From Microcoleaceae cyanobacterium MO_207.B10 (GTDB lineage: Bacteria > Cyanobacteriota > Cyanobacteriia > Cyanobacteriales > Microcoleaceae): a DNA stretch of 24,000 nucleotides. Both the position numbers and the translations under genes were made by a program. Shown one piece after another: positions 16,399 through 24,000 of this stretch (its first letter is position 1; each line of letters begins with the position of its first letter). The notes beneath the pieces were generated by a model. It worked only from the letters and a program-made list of their open reading frames with translations, was not told the origin of the DNA and did no database searches. The stretch covers positions 2,293 through 26,292 of the forward strand of contig JASJEE010000048.1 in assembly GCA_030064835.1 (NCBI GenBank), in the 5' to 3' direction.

Positions 16399-16848
16399 TT
16401 AAACCTCGCCTTTTACTTCTTCAATAACTCCATCCCGCAGCAGAATTTCCACTTGCATTTTTTTAATCAAATTATCTCCTATATCTGCAGTAAATACACT
16501 TTCAATTTGACCCTGGTTAACTTGCTGTTCTAGTTCTAAAGTTTGTACTTGTTGTATTTGTTGTAGAGCTTGATTTTTTTGCTCTAAAAGCTCTGTTTTC
16601 TTTTGATTTACCTGCAATTGAATATTTTCAATTTGCTCTTGTACCTGTGGACCAGGAGGTTGTACACTTTGCTTCTGCAGTTCAGAAACCATTCTCTGAC
16701 CTTGCATTTCTAACTGTTGTAATTGACTATCTAAATTATTAATTTGAGCTTGTAGTTGTTGTTGAGCTTCTTCTTTCCAGCGAGGGGTAACGACTACTTT
16801 AACGTTAATCGCTCGCTTCAGAAGTAATTGTGTTTGAGAATACTCCAT
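16399..16848 (-). CDS. Gln-rich coiled-coil protein, possibly YlqD family
   Basis: It starts LLLKRAINVKVVVTPRWKEE, then has a long Q/E/L heptad-like region, then a C-terminal VEILLRDGVIEEV. The family assignment is from memory of similar cyanobacterial proteins and is not verified. Confidence 0.65.
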   Translation of the reverse strand: MEYSQTQLLLKRAINVKVVVTPRWKEEAQQQLQAQINNLDSQLQQLEMQGQRMVSELQKQSVQPPGPQVQEQIENIQLQVNQKKTELLEQKNQALQQIQQVQTLELEQQVNQGQIESVFTADIGDNLIKKMQVEILLRDGVIEEVKGEV

Positions 16849-16961
16849 AAAATTGTTCTTGTCAGTTTATTTTTGTTTACAAATATGGATGAGAAAATTG
16901 ATTTTTGACGCCAAGATTTCAGATAATATCACTAGATAAAATCTCAAATCCCAGAAAGTCA

Positions 16962-18929
16962 TTAATCAAACATCCCATTAATCATATCGTGGTAATGCTC
17001 CGTAACAACGGGACGCTTAATCTTCAATGTTTGGGTCATCATGCCATTCTCTATCGTAAATGGTTCCAGAATCAAGCGAAAAGGGCCAATACGGTCATCT
17101 GGTCGATATCCGGGGCGATTTTTTACCTCTCGATTCAATTCTTGGCGGAACAACTCTTGCACCGCCTGACTTTCCCAATCAATTTGCGGTGTAGAGTTAG
17201 TACCTTGGGCAGCCCATTTTTCTACAGCCTCAATATTTGGCACTATCAAAGCACCTAAAAATTTCTGGTCTTGCCCCACCAACATCATTTGGTCGATATA
17301 CTGACTGCGGGCACAAGCATCTTCAATGGGCTGAGGCTCAATATTTTCTCCATTAGTAAGCACAATTGTATCCTTTGCCCGTCCAGTTAATACCAAATCA
17401 TTTGCACCAGTCATCCAACCAATATCTCCAGTATTAAACCAACCCTCTGAGTCAATAGCCTTTTTTGTAGCTTCAGGATTTTGATAATAACCAGCCATAA
17501 TTTGTGGCCCCCGCGCTAGAACCACACCTTTTTCCCCAAGAGCCATGGTTTTGCCAGTTTCTGAGTCCACTATTTTAATCTCAGTACCCGGAATGGGTCT
17601 ACCCGCCGACCCCCGCAAATTTTCCCAATGGTGTCGAGCAGTCAAAACTGGGGAAGTTTCGGTCAAACCATATCCCACCAATAAGTCCGTACCTATTATT
17701 TCAAAGAAATTTTCCAAATGCATCGCCAGGGAACCGCCCCCACTCACTGCAAACTTTAAGCGACCCCCGGTAGCTTGGCTAATTTTCTGATAAACAATTT
17801 TCTTACCCAAGGTATGAAGAGGCCATAACAACCAACTTTGCAAATTCGCCATTAATTTTTCTGACTGAGACGGTGGGTTAATTTGCAAAACTAATCCTTG
17901 ACTAACTCGCCTAGCTTGAATATATTTTTGACTAATATTTAAGAAGAATTTGGCTAACTTTTGTTTATTTTCGGGTTGTTCCCGTAGTTGCTTTTGTACC
18001 GCCTCATAAATTGATTCCCAAATTCTGGGCACGCTAATCACATAATGAGGTTTATATTCTTGGAAATCCTTTTTCAGATAACGTTTATTGGTATAAATTT
18101 GGGTGCCACCTTGAGAAAGAAAAAAATATTCTCCAGTTCTACCAAAAGTATGCCAAGTTGGTAGAATACTTAGGGTGCATTCTCCTGGATTCGGTTGGAG
18201 AATTGCCCCAATATAATTGATTTGATAAAGCAGGTTGCCATGGGTTAGCATTACTCCTTTGGGTTTACCAGTAGTTCCGGAAGTGTAGAGTAGGGTAGCC
18301 AGAGTTTCCAGATTTTGATTAGTCGGTTTCAGGGGTCTATCTTCTCCGGTAGCGATGACCTGAGAAAATTTAACTACCGGTAGATTTTCTTCTGGGTTTG
18401 GGTCTTCTTCGGACAGCAGAATAATTAGATGTATCGGCAGGTCTTGTAGGCGATCGCTCAATTTTTTCAACAAGGCCAAATTTTCCACTACCAAGCTAAT
18501 ACTGCCACTATCTTGAAGAATATAGATCAATTCATCTATATCTGCAGTTCCACTTCTGACCACATCTGCTGCACCCGCAGTAATAATACCAAGGTCAGCA
18601 ATCATCCATCGGGGACTATTGTCAGCAAATAAGGCCACTCTTGGAGGTATGGCTGTGTCATTTTCCGTGGACACAACCCCTAAAGCTTGTAAACCAGAAG
18701 CAAACTTTTGAATTTGTTCGTTCAGTTCTTTGTAGGTAAATTTTACTTCTGGTTTAACGTGGGGGTCATATAGGGCGGTAGTTTGGCTGTAATGTTGGGC
18801 AGCTAGTGGCCATATTTCGGAAAAGGACTGAACTGAGTCATAGAGTGTGACTTGTTGGAGATTGGCACGTTCGCGATCGCTCATTTGCCAAGTGTCGGGA
18901 GAAATGGGGGATTGTTTTGATGTGGTCAT
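16962..18929 (-). CDS. aas: AMP-dependent long-chain fatty-acid ligase; the cyanobacterial orthologues act as acyl-ACP synthetase
   Basis: It has the AMP-binding motif LLYTSGTTGKPKGVMLTHGNL, plus GYGLTETSP, WFNTGDIGW and TLKIKR. At 655 aa it matches the size of the cyanobacterial Aas family. Confidence 0.88.
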   Translation of the reverse strand: MTTSKQSPISPDTWQMSDRERANLQQVTLYDSVQSFSEIWPLAAQHYSQTTALYDPHVKPEVKFTYKELNEQIQKFASGLQALGVVSTENDTAIPPRVALFADNSPRWMIADLGIITAGAADVVRSGTADIDELIYILQDSGSISLVVENLALLKKLSDRLQDLPIHLIILLSEEDPNPEENLPVVKFSQVIATGEDRPLKPTNQNLETLATLLYTSGTTGKPKGVMLTHGNLLYQINYIGAILQPNPGECTLSILPTWHTFGRTGEYFFLSQGGTQIYTNKRYLKKDFQEYKPHYVISVPRIWESIYEAVQKQLREQPENKQKLAKFFLNISQKYIQARRVSQGLVLQINPPSQSEKLMANLQSWLLWPLHTLGKKIVYQKISQATGGRLKFAVSGGGSLAMHLENFFEIIGTDLLVGYGLTETSPVLTARHHWENLRGSAGRPIPGTEIKIVDSETGKTMALGEKGVVLARGPQIMAGYYQNPEATKKAIDSEGWFNTGDIGWMTGANDLVLTGRAKDTIVLTNGENIEPQPIEDACARSQYIDQMMLVGQDQKFLGALIVPNIEAVEKWAAQGTNSTPQIDWESQAVQELFRQELNREVKNRPGYRPDDRIGPFRLILEPFTIENGMMTQTLKIKRPVVTEHYHDMINGMFD

Positions 18930-19271
18930 TGTCTGCTTTCTAAAACTATTAGGTATAAATCTAGTATCTGAGAATTTTGGGCAAGTTTACTAACTTGAGG
19001 GACAGTTTTTCAATTTACCCCTGCTATTGATTTTCTCTTATTATGGGCAGAGGATGAAGAGCAAATATCAATTAGTAACAATTAGTCAAAGATTTTTACC
19101 TCAGCAAATCTCAAAAATTCTGACTTTTTATAAATTAGCTTATAGTTAATGATTACTTTTCTTCTACTACAAATATTGAGAGGATATTTAAGTCAAAATA
19201 TTTTTATCAAATACAGAAATCTACACAATTTTAGCTAAACTAAATTTATCTTAGATTTATTTTAGATACTA

Positions 19272-20249
19272 ATGACTAGCAAGATTTTAAGAAATCGCTA
19301 TAAAATTATATCAGAGTTAGGCAAAGGTGGTTTCGGTACTACTTATTTAGCAGTTGATTTAGACTTACCTAATCATCCTCAATGTGTGGTTAAACAACTT
19401 GCTCCTTCTGACCCCCGACCACAAGTTTTTCAAATTGCTAAAGATTTATTTGAGAAGGAAGCAAAAATATTACATCGTTTGGGAGAAAACAATCAAATTC
19501 CCAGATTATTTGCCTACTTTGAAGAAGGTGGTCAATTTTATTTGGTTCAAGAATTTATTGAGGGATATGACTTAACAAAAGAAATTTATCCAGGCAAAAG
19601 ATTGAGTGAAAGTCAGACAATTCAATTATTAACTGAAATCTTAGAAGTTTTAAAATATGTACATCAACAAAATGTGATTCATCGTGACTTAAAACCTCAG
19701 AATATTATGCGGAGAAAATCTGACGGTAAAATTGTCTTAATTGACTTTGGAGCAGTCAAAGAAATTAAAGGATTAACAGTAACAAGTGGAGGTCAGACAA
19801 CTACTACTATAGCTGTGGGAACTCCTGGATATATGCCTAGCGAACAAGCAGTAGGTAAACCTAAATTTTGTAGTGATATTTATGCTGTGGGAATGATAGG
19901 TATTGAAGCATTAACTGGAATGAAAGTCAATCAGTTACAAACAGATAAATCTACAGGTGAAGTTATCTGGAAAAATCAAGTAAATGTCAGTAAAAAATTG
20001 AGTCTAATTTTAGATAAAATGATTTCTGATTATTGGCGGCATCGTTATCAAAATGTTGATGAGTTGATAACTGAATTTAGAGGTACTAGATATTCTAGTA
20101 ATCTGCCAATAAATCAGCCTACTATTCCTTCCTGGGAACCAGGTAACAATCCTTCTAAATCGGGCTTAGATTCTACTTTTTTTGTTCCTAATTCTCAGAA
20201 TACTCCACAACGAAAACCTCATTTTTTTAATGATGTTCCTTTGATTTAA
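19272..20249 (+). CDS. Hanks-type Ser/Thr protein kinase, ending at an in-frame TAA that separates it from a GUN4-like ORF
   Basis: GKGGFGTTYLA, VVKQL, HRDLKPQNIM, DFGAVK and GTPGYMPSEQ are present, followed by a Pro/Ser/Asn-rich linker. Confidence 0.9.
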   Translation: MTSKILRNRYKIISELGKGGFGTTYLAVDLDLPNHPQCVVKQLAPSDPRPQVFQIAKDLFEKEAKILHRLGENNQIPRLFAYFEEGGQFYLVQEFIEGYDLTKEIYPGKRLSESQTIQLLTEILEVLKYVHQQNVIHRDLKPQNIMRRKSDGKIVLIDFGAVKEIKGLTVTSGGQTTTTIAVGTPGYMPSEQAVGKPKFCSDIYAVGMIGIEALTGMKVNQLQTDKSTGEVIWKNQVNVSKKLSLILDKMISDYWRHRYQNVDELITEFRGTRYSSNLPINQPTIPSWEPGNNPSKSGLDSTFFVPNSQNTPQRKPHFFNDVPLI

Positions 20250-20273
20250 GCTCATGGAATTGACTATATTAAA

Positions 20274-21050
20274 TTGCGGAATTTATTAGCAACACAAAAG
20301 TGGAAACAGGCAAATAGGGAAACAAATATAATTATGCAAAAAGCAGCCAAAATAAGATGGCTAGTGAAATTTTTTGGAGTATTTGGTTGGGGATTAAATT
20401 CCCAGAATATAAAACAAATTTCTTGTACTGACTTGCAAACCATAGACCACCTTTGGCAAAAATATAGTAATGGAAAATTTGGATTTAGCGTACAAAAGCA
20501 AATTTACTTGAATACCGGAAATAATCCATTAGAATTTACAAAAGAAACTTATAAACGATTTGCTGAGAAAATTGGATGGAAACTGAAGCGTAATAAAGGA
20601 TTTTTAGGTGGATGGTTATTATACTGTAATTTAATCTTTAAAAATAAAGCTCCTCAAGGACATCTCCCAGTATTAATAACTTCAAAAATTTGGTTTTGGT
20701 CTGTATGTTTTGGGCTAATATTTTGTTCTAGTATCGTTGGTATATTTGGTATTTATAGTTATTTAGTTTTAAATTTGTATTACATCTACGGTGGTGTAAT
20801 TAATAGTTGGTTTTTGATTTTAAAGGCACAGCAGTATGGGGCTTTGATTGCTGCTTATGTAACTGCTGCTGTTTTACTATTTATTAGCTTTGTTGCTATT
20901 GTGTTATTTTTGATTTGGGTTAGTAGAATAATTCGGCTTAGTTATTTAATCAGAAGGCGTTGGCATTTGTCGAATTCTCATTCATATTTTTGCTTTCTTG
21001 CACATAGACTTGATGAGTGTAATGCAGAAGCGTTTAAATCATCTATATAA
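20274..21050 (+). CDS. GUN4-like domain protein with a hydrophobic (TM-like) insertion, in the same frame as the kinase
   Basis: LRNLLATQKWKQANRET...CTDLQTIDHLWQKYSNGKFGFSVQKQIY...APQGHLP...LAHRLDECN matches the GUN4-like domain often fused to cyanobacterial kinases. The motif actually starts at 20250 (AHGIDYIKLRNLL), before any start codon. The first start-type codon is TTG at 20274. Confidence 0.65.
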   Translation: MRNLLATQKWKQANRETNIIMQKAAKIRWLVKFFGVFGWGLNSQNIKQISCTDLQTIDHLWQKYSNGKFGFSVQKQIYLNTGNNPLEFTKETYKRFAEKIGWKLKRNKGFLGGWLLYCNLIFKNKAPQGHLPVLITSKIWFWSVCFGLIFCSSIVGIFGIYSYLVLNLYYIYGGVINSWFLILKAQQYGALIAAYVTAAVLLFISFVAIVLFLIWVSRIIRLSYLIRRRWHLSNSHSYFCFLAHRLDECNAEAFKSSI

Positions 21051-21117
21051 AAAAATTAAGAGTGACTATGTTTAATTATTTCAGTTAAAATATTAAAATA
21101 CAAATCAAATAGTTACA

Positions 21118-21214
21118 GTAGGTTGGGTGAAGCGAAGCGCAACCAAACAATTATCCATCCTAGTTGGGTTTATCCTACGGATAAGCTCCCCTAACGCTCC
21201 TCAACCCAACCTAC
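21118..21214. repeat. Palindromic small element (MITE-like), about 97 bp
   Basis: The termini are GTAGGTTGGGT and ACCCAACCTAC (a perfect 11-bp inverted repeat). Internal hairpins are GGTTG...CAACC, GTTGGGTT...AACCCAAC, and TTATCC-TAC-GGATAA. Confidence 0.6.
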
Positions 21215-21271
21215 AAATTAGTTAAAAATTTTAAATGTAAATCAAACTCAACAAAAATCAAGAAAATAATT

Positions 21272-21568
21272 ATGGCAAACCTCACAATTAATGATTTACT
21301 TGATAAATTAATGGCAAAAATTTAACAATTAGCTAATCAAAATAATCGCCGGTTAAACCAACAAGCTATTGTAATCTTGAAAGAACTTTTGCAAGATGAA
21401 AAAACAAAATTGCTGAATTCCCCAAATACAGATTATATCTGGGAAGAAAGACGGAAATTAGTTCCCGAACTTATAGCTAGAATTGAAAACATTCACAAAG
21501 AATTATCTACAGATATAGAATGGCTCGATAGTACCGAATTAATTCGAGAAGATAGAGATAACCGATGA
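21272..21568 (+). pseudogene. Ribbon-helix-helix (VapB/FitA-like) antitoxin interrupted by an in-frame TAA at 21323-21325
   Basis: The translation is MANLTINDLLDKLMAKI*QLANQNNRRLNQQAIVILKELL..., where the RHH beta-strand and helices run straight across the stop. The stop codon overlaps the next ATG (ATGA at 21565-21568), as in TA operons. Confidence 0.7.
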
Positions 21569-21708
21569 CAACTTCTTTTAAATCTGTTGTCGATGCAAGT
21601 GTAGTAATTAAACAATATTGTCTAACCGAGAAATATCTCTTAATCCCTGTTGGAATTTTCTCATTGACCAATTGCTTTGGATTAAACTATACAAATCTTC
21701 TTGCTTGA
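21565..21708 (+). pseudogene. PIN-domain (VapC-like) toxin remnant; only the first ~25 codons are recognisable
   Basis: MTTSFKSVVDASVVIKQYCLTEKY matches a PIN N-terminus (xxDASVVIKW). After ~21640 the reading frame is unrelated and stops at 21706-21708. It overlaps the 3' end of the opposite-strand ORF. Confidence 0.5.
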
Positions 21709-22105
21709 TTTTTCTAGGCTCATCCATCCAACTACGATAACATTGATAATGATTTGACATATAACCAATTCCTATGGTTAACCCGTACCTATCTCCTCCA
21801 TGTATTTCCGAATAATTAGAAGGGAAAATGTATTCAATTCTATAAGGAATTAAAGGAATTAATAATCGTGCTTCTTCTACAGTTACAAGATAGCCGATAA
21901 AGATAGAATCTGGGCAAGCAGGGTTAAGATGTTGGAATAATCTAAAAGGGATGAATAAGCGATCGAGTTCTTCACAGATTGTTAGAGCTTTTGGATAAGT
22001 TAAACCAAGAGTATGCCAATAAATGTCTACCTTTATTCTACTTCCGTCGCGAATCGTAGACATTTTTATGTTTCGGTTATCTAAGTAAATATTAGATTCT
22101 GCCAT
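21608..22105 (-). CDS. Hypothetical protein, 165 aa, with no motif I can recognise
   Basis: It is a long ORF in AT-rich DNA with a plausible ATG. I found no family signature. Confidence 0.5.
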   Translation of the reverse strand: MAESNIYLDNRNIKMSTIRDGSRIKVDIYWHTLGLTYPKALTICEELDRLFIPFRLFQHLNPACPDSIFIGYLVTVEEARLLIPLIPYRIEYIFPSNYSEIHGGDRYGLTIGIGYMSNHYQCYRSWMDEPRKIKQEDLYSLIQSNWSMRKFQQGLRDISRLDNIV

Positions 22106-22342
22106 AATAACTGTTTCTCTTTTTTTATAGATTTCAGTGAAAAGTCAAATACCAGTATTTATAACTATTAAAACATTTTCCTTGATGTCTGGTTCTCTAG
22201 CATTGAGCTTATTGACTCTGACGCTCATAATTTAAAGTCGTATTAGCAATCTTTATTAGCCACAAAATATCTTCGGGATAGGGATTTAGAAAGAGTAATT
22301 TTTTCTACTAGTTGTTACCTGTTCCACAATTATTCAAAAATT

Positions 22343-23197
22343 CTAATCAAAAACAACTGTGCGATTTCCATAAACCAACACTCGATTTTGTAAATGTAAA
22401 CGCACCGCCCTCGCCAAAACTATCCGCTCCAAATCTTTGCCTTTTCTAATTAAATCTGAAACTTTATCGCGATGACTAACTCGCACTACATCTTGTTCAA
22501 TAATCGGACCTGCATCTAAATCACTTGTTACATAATGAGCGGTTGCTCCAATAATTTTTACTCCTCTGATATAAGCCTGATGATAAGGTTTTGCTCCGAC
22601 AAAAGCGGGCAAAAAAGAATGATGAATATTGATGATTTTAGGAAACTTTGCCACAAAATCTTGACTTAAAATTTGCATATATTTTGCCAAAACAACTAAA
22701 TCAATTTTGTATTGTTTCAGCAACTCTAACTGTTTGGTTTCTTGAGTAGATTTAGTTTCTTTTTTTATAGGGATATGATGAAAATCTGCACCAAATTGAT
22801 CGGCAACATATTTTAAATCTGGATGGTTACTAATAATTAAGGGAATTTGTGCTAAAAACTCCTGAGATTGTTGTCGCCAAATTAAGTCTAATAAACAATG
22901 ATTTTGCTTGCTCACCCAAATAGCAATTCTTGGCACTGCATCAGAAAAATTTAGTTGCCAATTTGCCTGTAGTGGAGCTGCTATTTTTGCAAAAGTTGGC
23001 ACTATTTCTTCCCTAGATAATTTAAACCCATCTAACTGCCATTCTAGCCGGGTTAAAAATAATCCAGCAGCAAAATCTGTATGTTGGTCAGCATGAATAA
23101 TATTTCCACCATTGTCATAAATAAAGTTAGCAAATTTAGCCACTAAACCTGGTTGGTCTGGGCAAGAAATTAATAGTATTGCTGTAGGATTATCCAT
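22343..23197 (-). CDS. purU: Formyltetrahydrofolate deformylase
   Basis: It has an N-terminal ACT-like domain (AILLISCPDQPGLVAKFANFI) and a formyltransferase core (INIHHSFLPAFVGAKPYHQAY...GATAHYVTSDLDAGPIIEQDV). Confidence 0.92.
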   Translation of the reverse strand: MDNPTAILLISCPDQPGLVAKFANFIYDNGGNIIHADQHTDFAAGLFLTRLEWQLDGFKLSREEIVPTFAKIAAPLQANWQLNFSDAVPRIAIWVSKQNHCLLDLIWRQQSQEFLAQIPLIISNHPDLKYVADQFGADFHHIPIKKETKSTQETKQLELLKQYKIDLVVLAKYMQILSQDFVAKFPKIINIHHSFLPAFVGAKPYHQAYIRGVKIIGATAHYVTSDLDAGPIIEQDVVRVSHRDKVSDLIRKGKDLERIVLARAVRLHLQNRVLVYGNRTVVFD

Positions 23198-23346
23198 AGA
23201 TTATATCTGATGCTAAAGTTAATTTTATTAATTTACTCCAAACTGCTACAAATGTCGATAAATTAATTACACATCCTATTGACTTTCTTTTCCCTGTTCT
23301 GTCTTTCAACAAAGAAATTTATTTGGCACGACTACTTACCTAAAAA

Positions 23347-24000
23347 CTAAAAATATAATTCTTCATTTCGCCAAACAGCTCTAACTAATTTAATTTCACC
23401 GTAACTATAACGCTCTTGTAAATACTCATAAATAGGTTTCAATGTTTCATCCCCCACTTCTTCTATTGCAGCCATAATTTCTGTCTGAATTTCTGGTTTT
23501 ACCAACCTATCAATATCCACTGGTTGCTCTTTTTCAATCAACTCAGCTAAATGACTAGCAACAGTGCTAGATTTAATTCCTCTTTCATTGGCAATAGCAT
23601 CAATACTTAATCCCTTTTTATACAATTCAAATGTTTCTATTTGCGTCATAGAAAGAACATTATCTACAACTTTTGCTAACTCCCGAATAGGTTCCGACTT
23701 AGTAGGTAAATTATACTCAGCACAATAATTTATAATAGTCTCAATAAACTCTTTTCCATACTTATCTCGCTTCCGAGTACCCACTCCCGAAATATCAATA
23801 AATTCATCTAAAGTTTGCGGACGTTTCTGTGCCATATCTCGTAAATTAGAATCGTGAAAAATCATATAAGGAGCTACATTTTCTCCATCAGCAATTCGTT
23901 TTCTTAATCCTCGCAACTCCTCAAATAATCTTTGTTCATCAGCAGCTAAAGAAGTAGTAGTTTTTTCACTTTGACGTTTCTTTTCTATAGCAATTTCTAC
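23347..24000 (-). CDS. recQ: RecQ-family DNA helicase, C-terminal part (HRDC plus a C-terminal HTH-like domain); 5' end lies outside the window
   Basis: The frame is open to base 24000 (VEIAIEKKRQSEK...EQRLFEELRGLRKRIA). The HRDC motif is NVAPYMIFHDSNLRDMAQKRPQTLDEFIDISGVG. Confidence 0.8.
   Translation of the reverse strand, partial: VEIAIEKKRQSEKTTTSLAADEQRLFEELRGLRKRIADGENVAPYMIFHDSNLRDMAQKRPQTLDEFIDISGVGTRKRDKYGKEFIETIINYCAEYNLPTKSEPIRELAKVVDNVLSMTQIETFELYKKGLSIDAIANERGIKSSTVASHLAELIEKEQPVDIDRLVKPEIQTEIMAAIEEVGDETLKPIYEYLQERYSYGEIKLVRAVWRNEELYF

Noticed and set aside
16905-17790. Plus-strand ORFs 16905-17258 and 17545-17790
   Set aside because: They are antisense to the well-supported acyl-ACP synthetase gene and have no recognisable motifs.
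19384-19575. 63-aa ORF in an alternative plus frame within the kinase gene, and the 22908-23096 ORF antisense to purU
   Set aside because: Both are fully nested in confident genes and neither has a signature.
20247-21325. TAA reassignment or an alternative genetic code to explain the two in-frame TAA codons
   Set aside because: TAA is the ordinary terminator of several confident genes here (NUDIX, GGDEF cyclase, PBP, aas), so recoding is not supported. Nonsense mutation is the simpler explanation.
1-24000. tRNA, rRNA, tmRNA or RNase P RNA genes
   Set aside because: I found no T-loop or cloverleaf-like segments or recognisable conserved RNA cores in any spacer while reading. An Infernal or tRNAscan run would be needed to exclude them formally.

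Overview
This is a low-GC chromosomal segment that looks like a filamentous, Nostocales-type cyanobacterium. It carries six HIP1 octamers (GCGATCGC at 2977, 3591, 4579, 14097, 18450, 18873), heptamer STRR-like tandem repeats, small inverted-repeat elements in long AT-rich spacers, and typical cyanobacterial genes. Confident housekeeping genes are an OppC/DppC-type ABC permease, a NUDIX hydrolase, CPD photolyase, the PDH E2 acetyltransferase, an acyl-ACP synthetase/acyl-CoA ligase (Aas-like), PurU and the C-terminus of RecQ. Between them lies accessory and signalling DNA, much of it decayed. (1) A STAND-NTPase C-terminus is followed by a separate 14-repeat WD40 gene (NLR-like module). (2) A periplasmic-binding-protein / GGDEF cyclase / hybrid histidine kinase cluster has its binding-protein gene split by an intact tnpA-less TnpB (IS200/IS605, IS1341-type) element with a predicted omega-RNA region, and its kinase is truncated, internally deleted and frameshifted. 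(3) A Ser/Thr kinase and a GUN4-like ORF are separated by one in-frame TAA. (4) A vapB-like antitoxin has an in-frame TAA and its PIN toxin is reduced to about 25 recognisable codons, overlapped by an orphan 165-aa ORF on the other strand. I saw no rRNA, tRNA or CRISPR array. The best candidates for an interesting system are the TnpB/omega-RNA element caught inside a gene and the split STAND-NTPase/WD40 module. Neither is novel in kind, and all functional calls rest on motif recognition by eye, not on searches.
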